A DNA stretch of 64,000 nt from Phyllobates terribilis (lineage: Eukaryota). A program made the translations under genes and the position numbers. Positions within the stretch are counted from its first letter, which is position 1. Each line of letters begins with the position of its first letter. Of this stretch, positions 19,395-31,300 are shown one piece after another. The notes beneath the pieces were generated by a model that saw nothing but the letters and a program-made list of their open reading frames with translations, did not search any database and was not told where the DNA came from. The stretch lies in NCBI RefSeq assembly GCF_046119375.1, contig NW_027362762.1, positions 188,046,001-188,110,000 of the forward strand, given 5' to 3'.

Positions 19395-22300
19395 TTAAGA
19401 AGCTGGACAGTTCAAGTGGGGTGGAGAAACATCTACCAAACTGTTCTTCTGGTCCAGTGGGAATGGATGACTTCCAAACCTGAGTAGGGACTGATTTAAG
19501 CCACTTATGTCCTAAGCTATAAAGTGCAAATGTTCTAAGAATGAGTGTTGTGTGCAGCAACTTCAAGTCACACAGGACAGAAATCCTATGGATCTGCAAC
19601 AGACTAGGTAATGTTTAAACTTTAAAAAAAAATCTGAAATTTGGTAGAAAAGCTTTGCCTGCCATTTTTTTTAAATTGATGGATTTGTATGAGGTTTTTA
19701 ATATTTTTTTTTCTCTTCAGACACAGTGAGCTGTCACTTATCACCTTTGAGGTAGATAATGCAATATGACGGAGTCAATTCATATTTTGTCAAATATATT
19801 GGACTTTTACAGATACCAAATGTTTTTAATGAGGGGAAGATATGAATTTATATCTCTACACTCTTAAAGGGGTTGTCTGGTCCAAATCGATAAGTCTGTA
19901 GTCACAAAAAGTGACTGTAGACTTAAACACCCACATGTATGGAGCGAAGCCACGCCCACTGGACAGCCACAATAGTTGGGGTGTAGTCTCACTCTATACA
20001 AGTGTATGGAGCAAGGCCATGCCCACTGGGTGGGCTCTGGCCAGGAGTATGTATAACTCATAAGTACCTGCCGATTCTAGCTTGGAAACGCGTGATTCCC
20101 CACAGCGTGCAGTGTGCGCTGGGGAGATACATAAGTCTGCAGACACTGTGACTGCAGACTTATCGATTTGCACTTGACAACCCCTTTTAGATGCCATGAT
20201 CAGAGATTGACAGCAGCAAGGTGAGAGGCAGATGCTTTGGAACAGCCATACGTATGATGAGCCTGCTTCTTACATGGGGACTTGACCAATGCGTTTGTTA
20301 GAAGGAGCTAAAGCGCACCATTAACTTCCAGGTCCTGCCCAGTGACGAGGGTTTACAGACATCAAATAAAACAAGTACAACAGAAACAATGATGAGAGGA
20401 TTGATTGTAGAGGCACAAGGGTGTACTAACATTTTTCTTGACTCAAGTTTGGTGAAAGTGGATTTGAGCAAAGTTTGCTACAGTTGGGAGGGAGTCAAAA
20501 GGACACTTCTGGTGGCAGCACATGGCACCTGTTGGCTGCGCCTAATTCTTAGGCGCGTCTTACTCCAGCAGTGTCTTCTTTAACAGTGGAGTTTTGTATT
20601 CCAGTCTTAAAGGGGTTGTCCACTAGTCTGACAACCCCCTTGTCAATCTGTTTGCCCCAGTTAAAATAAAAACACTTGTGCTCATCTCCTGTTCCAGCAA
20701 TGTCAGCACTGACTCCCGTTGCTCGCGTGACATGGTCACCACACCAGCTGAAGGTGGCACTGATTGGGTGCAGGGCTCAAGTGACATAACGTCACATGAG
20801 CATCGGGAGTGCCAGTGCCAACACTACTGGAATGGTGCCGGCTTGTGAGGCGAGTATAAATGTTATTTTAACGGGGGCAAACGCTCAAGATTGAGAAGTG
20901 GTTGTCAGTAGTGGACAACCCCTTTTAATGAATTGGGACCTTCATATTTAGTTTGTAAAGTAGGATATCCAGGAAAAATTCATATCTGATGCCACAGAAT
21001 GAGACTATTTGTAATTAGAGAAAGTGGTTAATTGTGTTTAAAACCAGAGGACAGGCATAAGGGGAAGAGATCAATGTTGAATAGTTTAGGAAATCAGCAT
21101 GCCATTTGTGATTAGTTCACATGCTTGTTTTGCAGCAATTTTCCAAAACCTGGTAAGTATAGCATCTTTAGTGTTTTGGGAAAATCACAGCAAAAAAATG
21201 CATTGTGTGAATACTGCTTTAGAGCTGTTTCAAGAGTGATGGGGACAAAAGCTAGATTGTAGCTGGTCAAAAAGGGTCTTTGAGGAGAGGTGAGAGACTA
21301 TTTCAAGGTTAACATGTAATTCAAGCAATTTTAAGGCAAATGGGCATAGTGATATTCAGGGCTGTGGAGTCGGTATAAAATGGACCAACTCCTAAAATAT
21401 ATAATAAATTGAGTACAGTAGTTCAATGCAGTTTGTGGGGAATATTTTTTCATAAGAATTTGGGAAAGTTCTGAAATGTCCTATAAATGTCTGTCCTATT
21501 CCTGATCTAAGGGTCTAGACTTAGCTGAGATGAATCTGTGCTACAGTAAATTTATCACTTAAACATTAACCATGTATGAGGGAGTCGGTGTCATGGAAAT
21601 TGAGGAGTCTGAGGTTTGGCTTACCGACTCTACAGCCTTGGTGATATTGGGTGTTAGCTGGACTTAGAGTGCAGGTCGAGGAATGGCTGCAGCACAGGTC
21701 AGAGCCTTGAGGAACACTAAATAGAGATGGTGTGAGTGGAATAATATGAATGACTCAGTGGTTAGCACTGATGCCTTGCAGCCCTGGGTTCAAATCCCAC
21801 CAAGGACAATATCTGCATGTTCTCCCTGTGTTTGTGTGGGTTTTCTGGCTTCCTCTCACACTCCATAGACATACTGAGAGGTAATTTAGATTGTGAGCAC
21901 CAATCGGGACCGTATCAATAATATCTGTAAAGAGCTGTGGAATTAATGGCGCTATATAAGTGAGTAAAATAAAATGTGATGAATGAGGATTTGTAGTAGG
22001 AGCGAGTGGTTGACTGAGCTCCTCTTCCCAGACTTGTCCTCTGCCTTTGACACAGGGAAATATCGGTTGCATTTGGCAGTCAGCAAGTTGTGCGATTGGT
22101 AGGGCAGATTTAAGAGAGTAGTAGGGAAGGAAGCTGGATTGTAGCTTGTCAAAATTTGTGTTGGATGAGAGGTGGGAGGGGAGAGTTCAAGGTAGACATG
22201 CTATTCATAGACTTTAAGCAACTAGGAGTAATGGAGCATTGGTTGGAAGTAGAGGGAAGATCGAGGGATGGCTTCATGAGGATGGGTGTGATGAGGGTCA

Positions 22301-25300
22301 TGTTCCAAAGGAGGGAAGCAAGACACCAGTTGTCAGGGCTGGGATACATACACTAATGATGATTTGAGGTCAAGCACTCAGTTAATGGGGCTGAGAAATA
22401 CTGTGCAGTAAATAAGGGGGTTGTAAGTTACAGCTTTCACTGATATGGTCAATCTTATTTTGGAATCGGAGGACAGAGCCCGTAGTTAAAATAATTGAAT
22501 TACTGTTTGTTGTAGTGGGACAGAGAAGATATGAAAGCAGTTAAGTAGTCTGCTCTGCAGAGGCGAGGGCAGGCTTGAAAATAAAAACTGCTTTTTCCAT
22601 AAGGCTACATTCACATGACTGTAATTTTGGTTTGAGTGCTGTCTGAGTTCACGTTCAGTATTTGGTCAGTATTTTACCTCAGTATTTGTAAGCCAAAACC
22701 AGGAGTGAGTGAAAAGTGCAGAAGTGGTTAGGTGTTTCTATTCTTTCTTCTGAATGTTCAACTCCTGATCTTGGCTTACAAATACTGATGTAAAATACTG
22801 AACGTGTGCACGTGGCCTAGAGAAAACGGACATCACACGAGCAGCAGCATGCACTAGTTTTCTCCTTCCTTCTCCAGTGATTGCTCTCTTCGTGTGATGT
22901 GTCCAAACTAGGTAAGTTATAGCTTGGTGATCCTTGCTTCAAGTGACATTGTCCGGCTTGATTTGTTCCAAAATTGTTTTGTTCTTCTTGCCATCGATGG
23001 TATTGATAACATCCTTCTCCAGCACCACTTTTTGAAGGCGTTGATTCTTCTATCTTGTTTATCGTCCAGGGTTCGCATCCATACATTACTACAGAAAAAA
23101 ACAGACTATGTACGTGCTGCATCTTTGTCGCCAGTGAAATATTCCTCGATTTAAAGACCTTGTCCAGTGACTTCATTGTTGATTTTCCCATAGCTGTTCT
23201 ATTGACTTCCGGTGTTATTACTGTATCCTGAATTTGATCATATACACTATAAAATGTTAATATGTCACATGCACAGACAGAGGGAGGGCATATGGGTGAA
23301 AATTGTTCAAGTTTTCCGGATAGAACTCAGATTTTTTTTTTTAAAACACTTCTGAAAACTTGGCCCAAGGCCTAATTCAGACATCAGTGTTGTACGTACA
23401 GTGGGGAAAATAAGTATTTGATACACTGCTGATTTTGCAAGTTTTCCCACCTACAAAGAATGGAGCGGATGTAAAGAAAAATGAACAGGTCCGTGAGAGC
23501 CAGAATTCTTGCTGGTTGGTAGGTGATCAAATACGTATTTCATGCAATAAAACGCAATTTAATTATTTAAAAATCATAGTGTTTTTTTTTGTTTTGTGTT
23601 TTTTTTTTATTTTATTTTTTTTTATAAGATTCTGTCTTACGGTTGAAGTGTACCTACGATAAAAATTACGACCTCTCCATTCTTTTTAGGTGGGAAAACG
23701 TGCAAAATCGGCAGTGTATCAAATACTTATTTTGCCCACTGTACGTGTTCTGTGTTTTTCATGGATACAAAACGTACCCATTATAGTCTATGTGGCTGTT
23801 CACATATCCATGTTTTTTCCACAGACCGTTTGTGCAAAACTTATGAACACACGTCCGTTTGTTTTCTGGTATCACGGATCTGAAGTGGCAATACAAGTCT
23901 ATGGTCTAGAAGTTCATGAAAAATACGTGCAGCAGTGTCCGTATTTAACATTGCAAATGATAGAAGTTTTGTCATTTATTTATCCATCCGTGAAAAACAC
24001 TGACGTCTGAATGAGCCCACATTGAGTATTTGGTCCGTAATTTCCCTCAGTATTTGTAAGCCAAAACCAGGAGTGGAACAATCAGAGAAAAATTATAATA
24101 GAAACACGTCACCACTTCTGTATTTATCACCCACTCCAGGTTTTGGCTTACAAATACGGAGGGAAAAAAACTCACCAAATAATGAAGGTGGCCAAATAGC
24201 TTTCCGTTGGGCTCATACTCATCGCCGTTAAAATAAATAAATTGGTCCGGTGTTGTTCCTGAAAAGTCAGACGAGTGTCATGCGAGTACAATGCGATTTT
24301 TCTCACCTAGCATCCGAATGACATGCGAATGCAATCCATATGCAATGCGATTTTAACATTAGCTTTTACATAGAGTAATTCTCTGTCATTTAAAGATCGT
24401 TTTCAAATAAAATATTGCTAAAAAAATAGATAGAAATAGGTCAGCGAGATATAGAATCAATACTTTGCGTGTGTAGCTTACTGTACATGTATTTAAAGCG
24501 AACCTGTCACCAGGTTTGGCCAATATGAATTACGGCCACCACCTAGCAGGCCTGATATACAGCATTCTATAATGCTGTATATATGCACCCGATCCGACCT
24601 ACAAGAGAAGAAAAAGAGCTTTTATTATACTCACCTGAGGGTCAGTCCAATCCGATGGGTGTCGATTGTCCTGGTCTGGCGCTTCCCTTCTTGTGATGCC
24701 GTCCTCCTTCTTGCTTCATGTGGATAACACGTCCCTACGTCATCCACACACTCCTGCGCAGGTGTACTTTTCTGCCCTGATGACGGTAGAGCAAATTACT
24801 GCAGTGTGCAGGCGCCGGGAAAGGTGAAAGAGCCCCTGCGCTCTGCAGTACCCGTTCTTTACGCTCCGCAAGCGACTTTCGACTAACATCCGCACTAATC
24901 CGTACCTCCCACTCCCGGCTCCAAGACTTCTCCCGAGCTGCACCTATTCTTTGGAATGCTCTACCTCAAGAAATTAGGATGAACCACAACTTACACAGTT
25001 TTGGGTGCTCCCTAACACACACCTATTTAAGGTGGCCTTTCACATTCCCCAATCAAAGTCCTTTTATATTTTTATAGCCCATTCATTATTTCTCCAAACA
25101 TAAATCACCACCACACCCAAAAGCACTACAAATACTGGCTGGTGGCGAGCTCATGTAGCCTTTATTTATCCCCGCAAGATGGCTGGACCATCATTGTAAA
25201 TAAGCTCCTGTACTTTGTGTCACCCTTACCTCATTGTAGATTGTAAGCTCTTACGAGCAGGGTCGTCATTTTTGCTTTAATTATTGTATTATCTTTAGCT

Positions 25301-28300
25301 ATGTTACTTATGACTGTAGTATATGAACCTCTGAATTGTAAAGCTCTGCGGAATATGTTGGCACTATATAAATAAAGATTATTATTACTTTGCCCTCATC
25401 AAGGCAGAGAAGTACACCTGCGCAGGAGCGCGATACCGTGGAGACTGTGTGGATGGCGTAGGGAGGCGTCATCCACAAGAAGGTGGGCGGCATCGCAAGA
25501 AGAAGGGAGGCGCCGGACCAGGATGAGCGACACCCACTGGTCCGGACCGCCCCCCAGGTGAGTATAATAAAAGCTCATTTTCTTCTCTTGCAGGTCGGGT
25601 TGCTATAGAATACTGTATATCAGGCCTGCAACGTGGTGACCATATGTCATATTGGCCAAACCTGATGACAGGTTGGGTGCTTTTAAGTAATAAATACATA
25701 AATAAATTAAAAAAATGGTGTGGGGTCCCCCATAATTTTTATTAACCAGCTGAGGGAAAGCTGACAACTGGGGGCTGATGTTTATAGCCTAGGAATAGGG
25801 TGATACCCATGGAGCTTCCCACACTATTACACGCAGCTCAGTGCCTGAACGGTTGCATCATGCCACTGTTCAGCAGGACATCTAGATGTAGCAGAGCTAG
25901 ACTCATCGCTGGACAAATGGATTATTTTCTTGTCGGACAGGTGAGGAATATGGTGGTTTATTATTTTTATCTAAATAAATTGGTAAAAGGGGGGGTGTTT
26001 ATTTCAATAAAGGAGTGTGTGTCAGTATTTCAAATGAATGACTTTATTCTGGGTGTTTATTTACAATATAACTATGGGGTTAGTAATGAGGGTGTGTTAC
26101 TGATGTCAGCTGCCAATACAAAGCTGACATCAACACCGCAACAATTACCTCATTTGCCACCGCACCAGGCTAAGCGCCAGATTTGGCCATCTTATGAATT
26201 CGCCAATTCTGGGGAGGCTGAGAGCTGATTTTTTTAGTCTGGAAGGGGGCCAATATCCATGGCCCCTTCCCAGCCTATTTTATGTCAGCCCACAGCTGTC
26301 TGCCTAGCCTTTACTGGTTGTTAAAATAGGGCAGACCTCATTTTAATAACCAGAAAAGGCTAAGTATACAACTGTGAGATGATATTAATAGCCTGGGAAG
26401 CTGCATGGGTATTACCCCCTTCCCAGGCTATAAACATCAGCCCCCAGCTGTCTGTTTTCCCTCAGCTGGTTAATAAAAATTTGGGGGACCCCACACCATT
26501 TTTTTTATTATACCTCTATATGTATTTTGCTGCTTCACGCTGTGAATTTATTTAATAATATTAGCAAATACCTCCAATTAGAAATATAGTATAGTTTTTC
26601 TGACTCACTATGTCTTTCCTCATGTGCTGGCATTGCAGGACCTTGGGTATCCATGGTTATGACCACTGATATAGTGACAGTTAATTAGTTGCTAATGGTC
26701 GTAACCATGGATACGTAAGGTCCTGCAATGCCTGCACATAAGGAAAGAGACATAGCGAATCAGAAAAACTATACTACATCTCTAATTTGAGCTATTTGCT
26801 AATATTAATAATATTACACCTACTACATATTGGTATAGGATCCTGGAGATGGGAATAGACCTTTAAGGCTACATTCCCATAATGAGTTTCTGTTGCATTT
26901 TTCTAAAACACGTAGCATAAAAAATTCAAGTAACCTATTTTACTTAATGGGTGCAGAAATGGTGCAGAAAATCTGCAACATCAAAAACTCACCAAAAACT
27001 TATCATGAAAATGTAGCCTAATGGAGCAGTGGCCAGCACCGAATTGATACCGGATAAGGCGTCCTTCACACATCCTAATATTTCCAATACTAGAAAATAA
27101 CAGTACCGGTGCTATCTGTGTCCGTATGCAACATAATTGTGTCGTCCATGCGTACCATCAGTGTGACATGTACCGGAATAGAATGCAGAATATAAATGAC
27201 AGATGTTAAGGTGTTAGATGTGCAAATATAGAGGATAGATAGATATCCGTGAGATACATAACTAGTGCCGTGCGTGTGTAGTTTACAGTACATGTATTTA
27301 GCTTAAAAAATAAATGAAAAAAATGATGTCGGGGTCTACCTTATTTCTAATAACCAGCCAAGGGAAAGCAGACAGCTGTGAGCTGAGCTTATCATGCTGG
27401 GAAGGGCTCAATAACCATGGAGCTTCCCAGCCTATTAATATCAGCCTGCAGCTATCTGCTTAGCCTTTACTGGTTATTAAAAAGGGGGGGCCCTAAAAAA
27501 AAAATTACGTGGGGCCCTATTATTTTCACTAATCAGCAAAGGCTAAGAAGATAGCATGGGCTAATATTAATAGGCTGGGAAGGTACTTCCCAGCCTAATA
27601 AGACAAGCCTTCAGCCACCAAAGAAATGGCTCATCCATTAGTTGCGCCAATTCTGGCACTTAGCCTCGGCTCTTCTCGATTGCCCTGGTGCATTGGCAAT
27701 CGGGGTAATGGGATTGTGTGGTTGATATCAGCTGCTGTCGACCTCAAGCTCTGGGGTTAGTACTGGATAGGCGTCTGTCAGACACCCCCATTACTGACCC
27801 CATAGTCAAAAGAAATAAATACACACAAAAGTCCTTTATTTGTAAAAATCACTCGAGACAATGTCCCTTTCACCCATTTATTAAAATAAAAATAATCCAC
27901 ACCGCTCAGCCATAATCCAAATGGAGGTCCAACAACGATCTCTGTCTTCTTCATCCAGTGTATGGAGCCCTGTTCAGAGAACAAAGCTCCATAGACTGTA
28001 GCAGCAGCCGGTTCTCAGGCTGCACTCCGCGAGACCCGGCTGCTCTGACGAGAGGTGACATCAGTAAGGTAACCGCAGTTCACAGCCGCCGGGTCTCACG
28101 CTATGCAGCGCAAGAGCTGGAATGATGAACAATGGCGTTCCCGTAGCTGGTTATTAAAAATAAGGGGTACCCCATGTCATTTTTAAATTTATTTATTTTT
28201 AAGCTAAATACATGTACTGTAAACTAAACACACAGGCACTAATTAGATATCTCATGGATATCTATCTATCTAAAAGTAAAAAAGGTAGGCAGCACTCCAT

Positions 28301-31300
28301 ATTTCAATAATTACCAACACTTCAATAATTACCAAAACAAGTGGACTTTGTGGCCACGCCATACGGGCTAATTTTCAGTCCACTTGTTTTGGTAATTATT
28401 CAAGTGCTGCCTACCTTTTCTACTTTTATATACTCTAGCAAAATTGGATATTTTGTTGGGGAGGCTTTTGCACACACATTGCATTTCTTAAATGTGCTGT
28501 TCCATTTTGTCATAATATCTATCTAATCTACAGTACAGACCAAAAGTTTGGACACACCTTCTCATTTAAAGATTTTTCAGTATTTTCATGACTATGAAAA
28601 TTGTACATTCACACTGAAGGCATCAAAACTATGAATTAACACATGTGGAATTATATACTTAACAAAAAAGTGTGAAACAACTGAAAATGTGTCTTATATT
28701 CTAGGTTCTTCAAAGTAGCCACCTTTTGCTTTGATGACTGCTTTGCACACTCTTGGCATTCTCTTCATGAGCTTCAAGAGGTAGCCACCGGAAATGGTTT
28801 TCACTTCACAGGTGTGCCCTGTCAGGTTTAATAAGTGGGATTTCTTGCCTTATAAATGGGTTGGGACCATCAGTTGTGTTGTGCAGAAGTCTGGTGGATA
28901 CACAGCTGATAGTCCTACTGAATAGACTGTTAGAATTTGTATTATGGCAAGAAAAAAAGCAGCTATGTAAAGAAAAACGAGTGGCCATCATCACTTTAAG
29001 AAATGAAGGTCAGTTAGTGTGAAAAATTGGGAAAACTTTGAAAGTGTCCCCAAGTGCAGTTGCAAAAACCATCAAGCACTAGAAAGAAACTGGCTCACAT
29101 GAGGACCGCCCCAGGAAAGGAAGACCAAGAGTCACCTCTGCTTCTGAGGATAAGTTTATCCGAGTCACCAGCCTCAGAAATCTCAGGTTAACAGCAGCTC
29201 AGATTAGAGACCAGGTCAATGCCACACAGAGTTCTAGCAGCAGACACATCTCTTCAACAACTGTTAAGAGGAGACTTTGTGCAGCAGGCCTTCATGGTAA
29301 AATATCTGCTAGGAAACCACTGCTAAGGACAGACAACAAGCAGAAGAGACTTGTTTGGGCTAAAGAACACAAGGAATAGACATTAGACCAGTGGAAATCT
29401 GTGCTTTGGTCTGATGAGTCCAAATTTGAGATCTTTGGTTCCAACCACCGTGTCTTTGTGCGACGCAGAAAAGGTGAACGGATGGACTCTACATGCCTGG
29501 TTCTCACCGTGAAGCATGGAGGAGGAGGTGTGATGGTGTGAGGGTGCTTTGCTGGTGACACTGTTGGGGATTTATTCAAAATTGAAGGCATACTAAACCA
29601 GAATGGCTACCACAGCATCTTGCAACGGCATGCTATTCCATCTGGTTTGCGTTTAGTTGGACCATCATTTATTTTTCAACAGAACAATGACCCCAAACAC
29701 ACCTCCAGGCTGTGTAAGGGCTATTTGACCAAGAAGGAGAGTGATGGGGTGCTACGCCAGATGACCTGGCCTCCACAGTCACCAGACCTGAACCCAATCG
29801 AGATGGTTTGGGGTGAGCTGGACCGCAGAGTGAAGGCAAAAAGGCCAACAAGTGCTAAGCATCTCTGGGAACTCCTTCAAGATTGTTGGAAGACCATTTC
29901 CGGTGACTACCTCTTGAAGCTCATCAAGAGAATGCCAAGAGTGTGCAAAGCAGTCATCAAAGCAAAAGGTGGCTACTTTGAAGAACCTAGAATATAAGAC
30001 ATATTTTCAGTTGTTTAACACTTTTTTGTTAAGTATATAATTCCACATGTGTTAATTCATAGTTTTGATGCCTTCAGTGTGAATGTACAGTTTTCATAGT
30101 CATGAAAGTACAGAAAAATCTTTAAATGAGAAGGTGTGTCCAAACTTTTGGTCTGTACTGTATCTATCCTCTATCACCTAAACATCTGTCATTTCTATTC
30201 TGGATTCTATTTTGGTACGTGTCACACGCATGGCACACTTTATGTCATCTGTGTGCAGGTGTATGTTGGACTCTGAGACGCTGCGATGTTCCAGAGACAA
30301 ACGTACTTTAAAAGCTTCCGGAGACCAAGCCATACAGGTGACTGGCCGGACAGGAGCGTACCCTGCGGCTTTTCCCCATCTGCTGGCTTGGATTGACAGG
30401 TCTCTCACCCTATCATTCAATGGGAGCGGGCAGGGAGAAACTCTCGGAGACCTGTCTATCTGACTAGTTTCCAGCTCGTTCTGCGGCAGTTTTTAAAGTC
30501 TGTCTTGCTGTGAAGCGCCACAGCGTTTCAGAGTCAGACATACCTGGCTGAGATCATACAGCCTGTGCCTGATACATGCTGCCCATGAATCGAGTAGCAT
30601 GGATCAGCTGTCAGGTTCACTTTAAATAACGATGTAAGAAACTGACAACGGCATCCAAATAGTTGACAGCTCCATCCACGGCTGTTACACAGATGCTGAC
30701 TTTGTATTATAGCCAGCATCTACCTTGTGTGGAGAAACTCAGCTCCTGAGCACCATCAACACTTGTGGGCTCCTACCCAGGACATTTATTACCGTCGTAA
30801 TGCAGGAAGGGGTTAAATAAGCACAAAAGTAGTCAATGTTATTAAAAAAAAAAAAAAAGGATACTGATGCAGCCAAAGAAAGGCCCATATAGTATTTGAT
30901 CAAATGTATCACAACTTCCTCTCCAGCTGCACCCAAACAACTAGTGCGCGCCTCAGAGGTGGTCTTTTCCCTTTCCAAACGTGTCCTTAGAAATGAATTG
31001 AACTCTCTGGAAAGCTAAACTTACATATCTAAAGAAGTCTCACTGTTACATATAATAAACATGAAGCCATTTATAAAATCGGAATGTATCATATTTCTAA
31101 TATGGCTCACAGCAGTAGACTGCCACCTAGTGGATGCTGAGGTGTACATCAAGTACACTTCATTCTGCTTTAGTAAGGTTAGGGTATGTGCAGACCATCC
31201 GGAGCTGGCTGCAGCCCCGAGACTGCAGAGGAGCCGCCTCCGGCTTCTGCTAATTATGCAAATGACGCCGGCCTCTTTTTTTTTTTTCTCATATGCAAAC

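Noticed and set aside
21136-21152. 17-nt plus-strand micro-exon (TTTGCAG|..|GTAAGT)
   Set aside because: Lies in a decayed MITE, is not a multiple of 3, and has no partner exons
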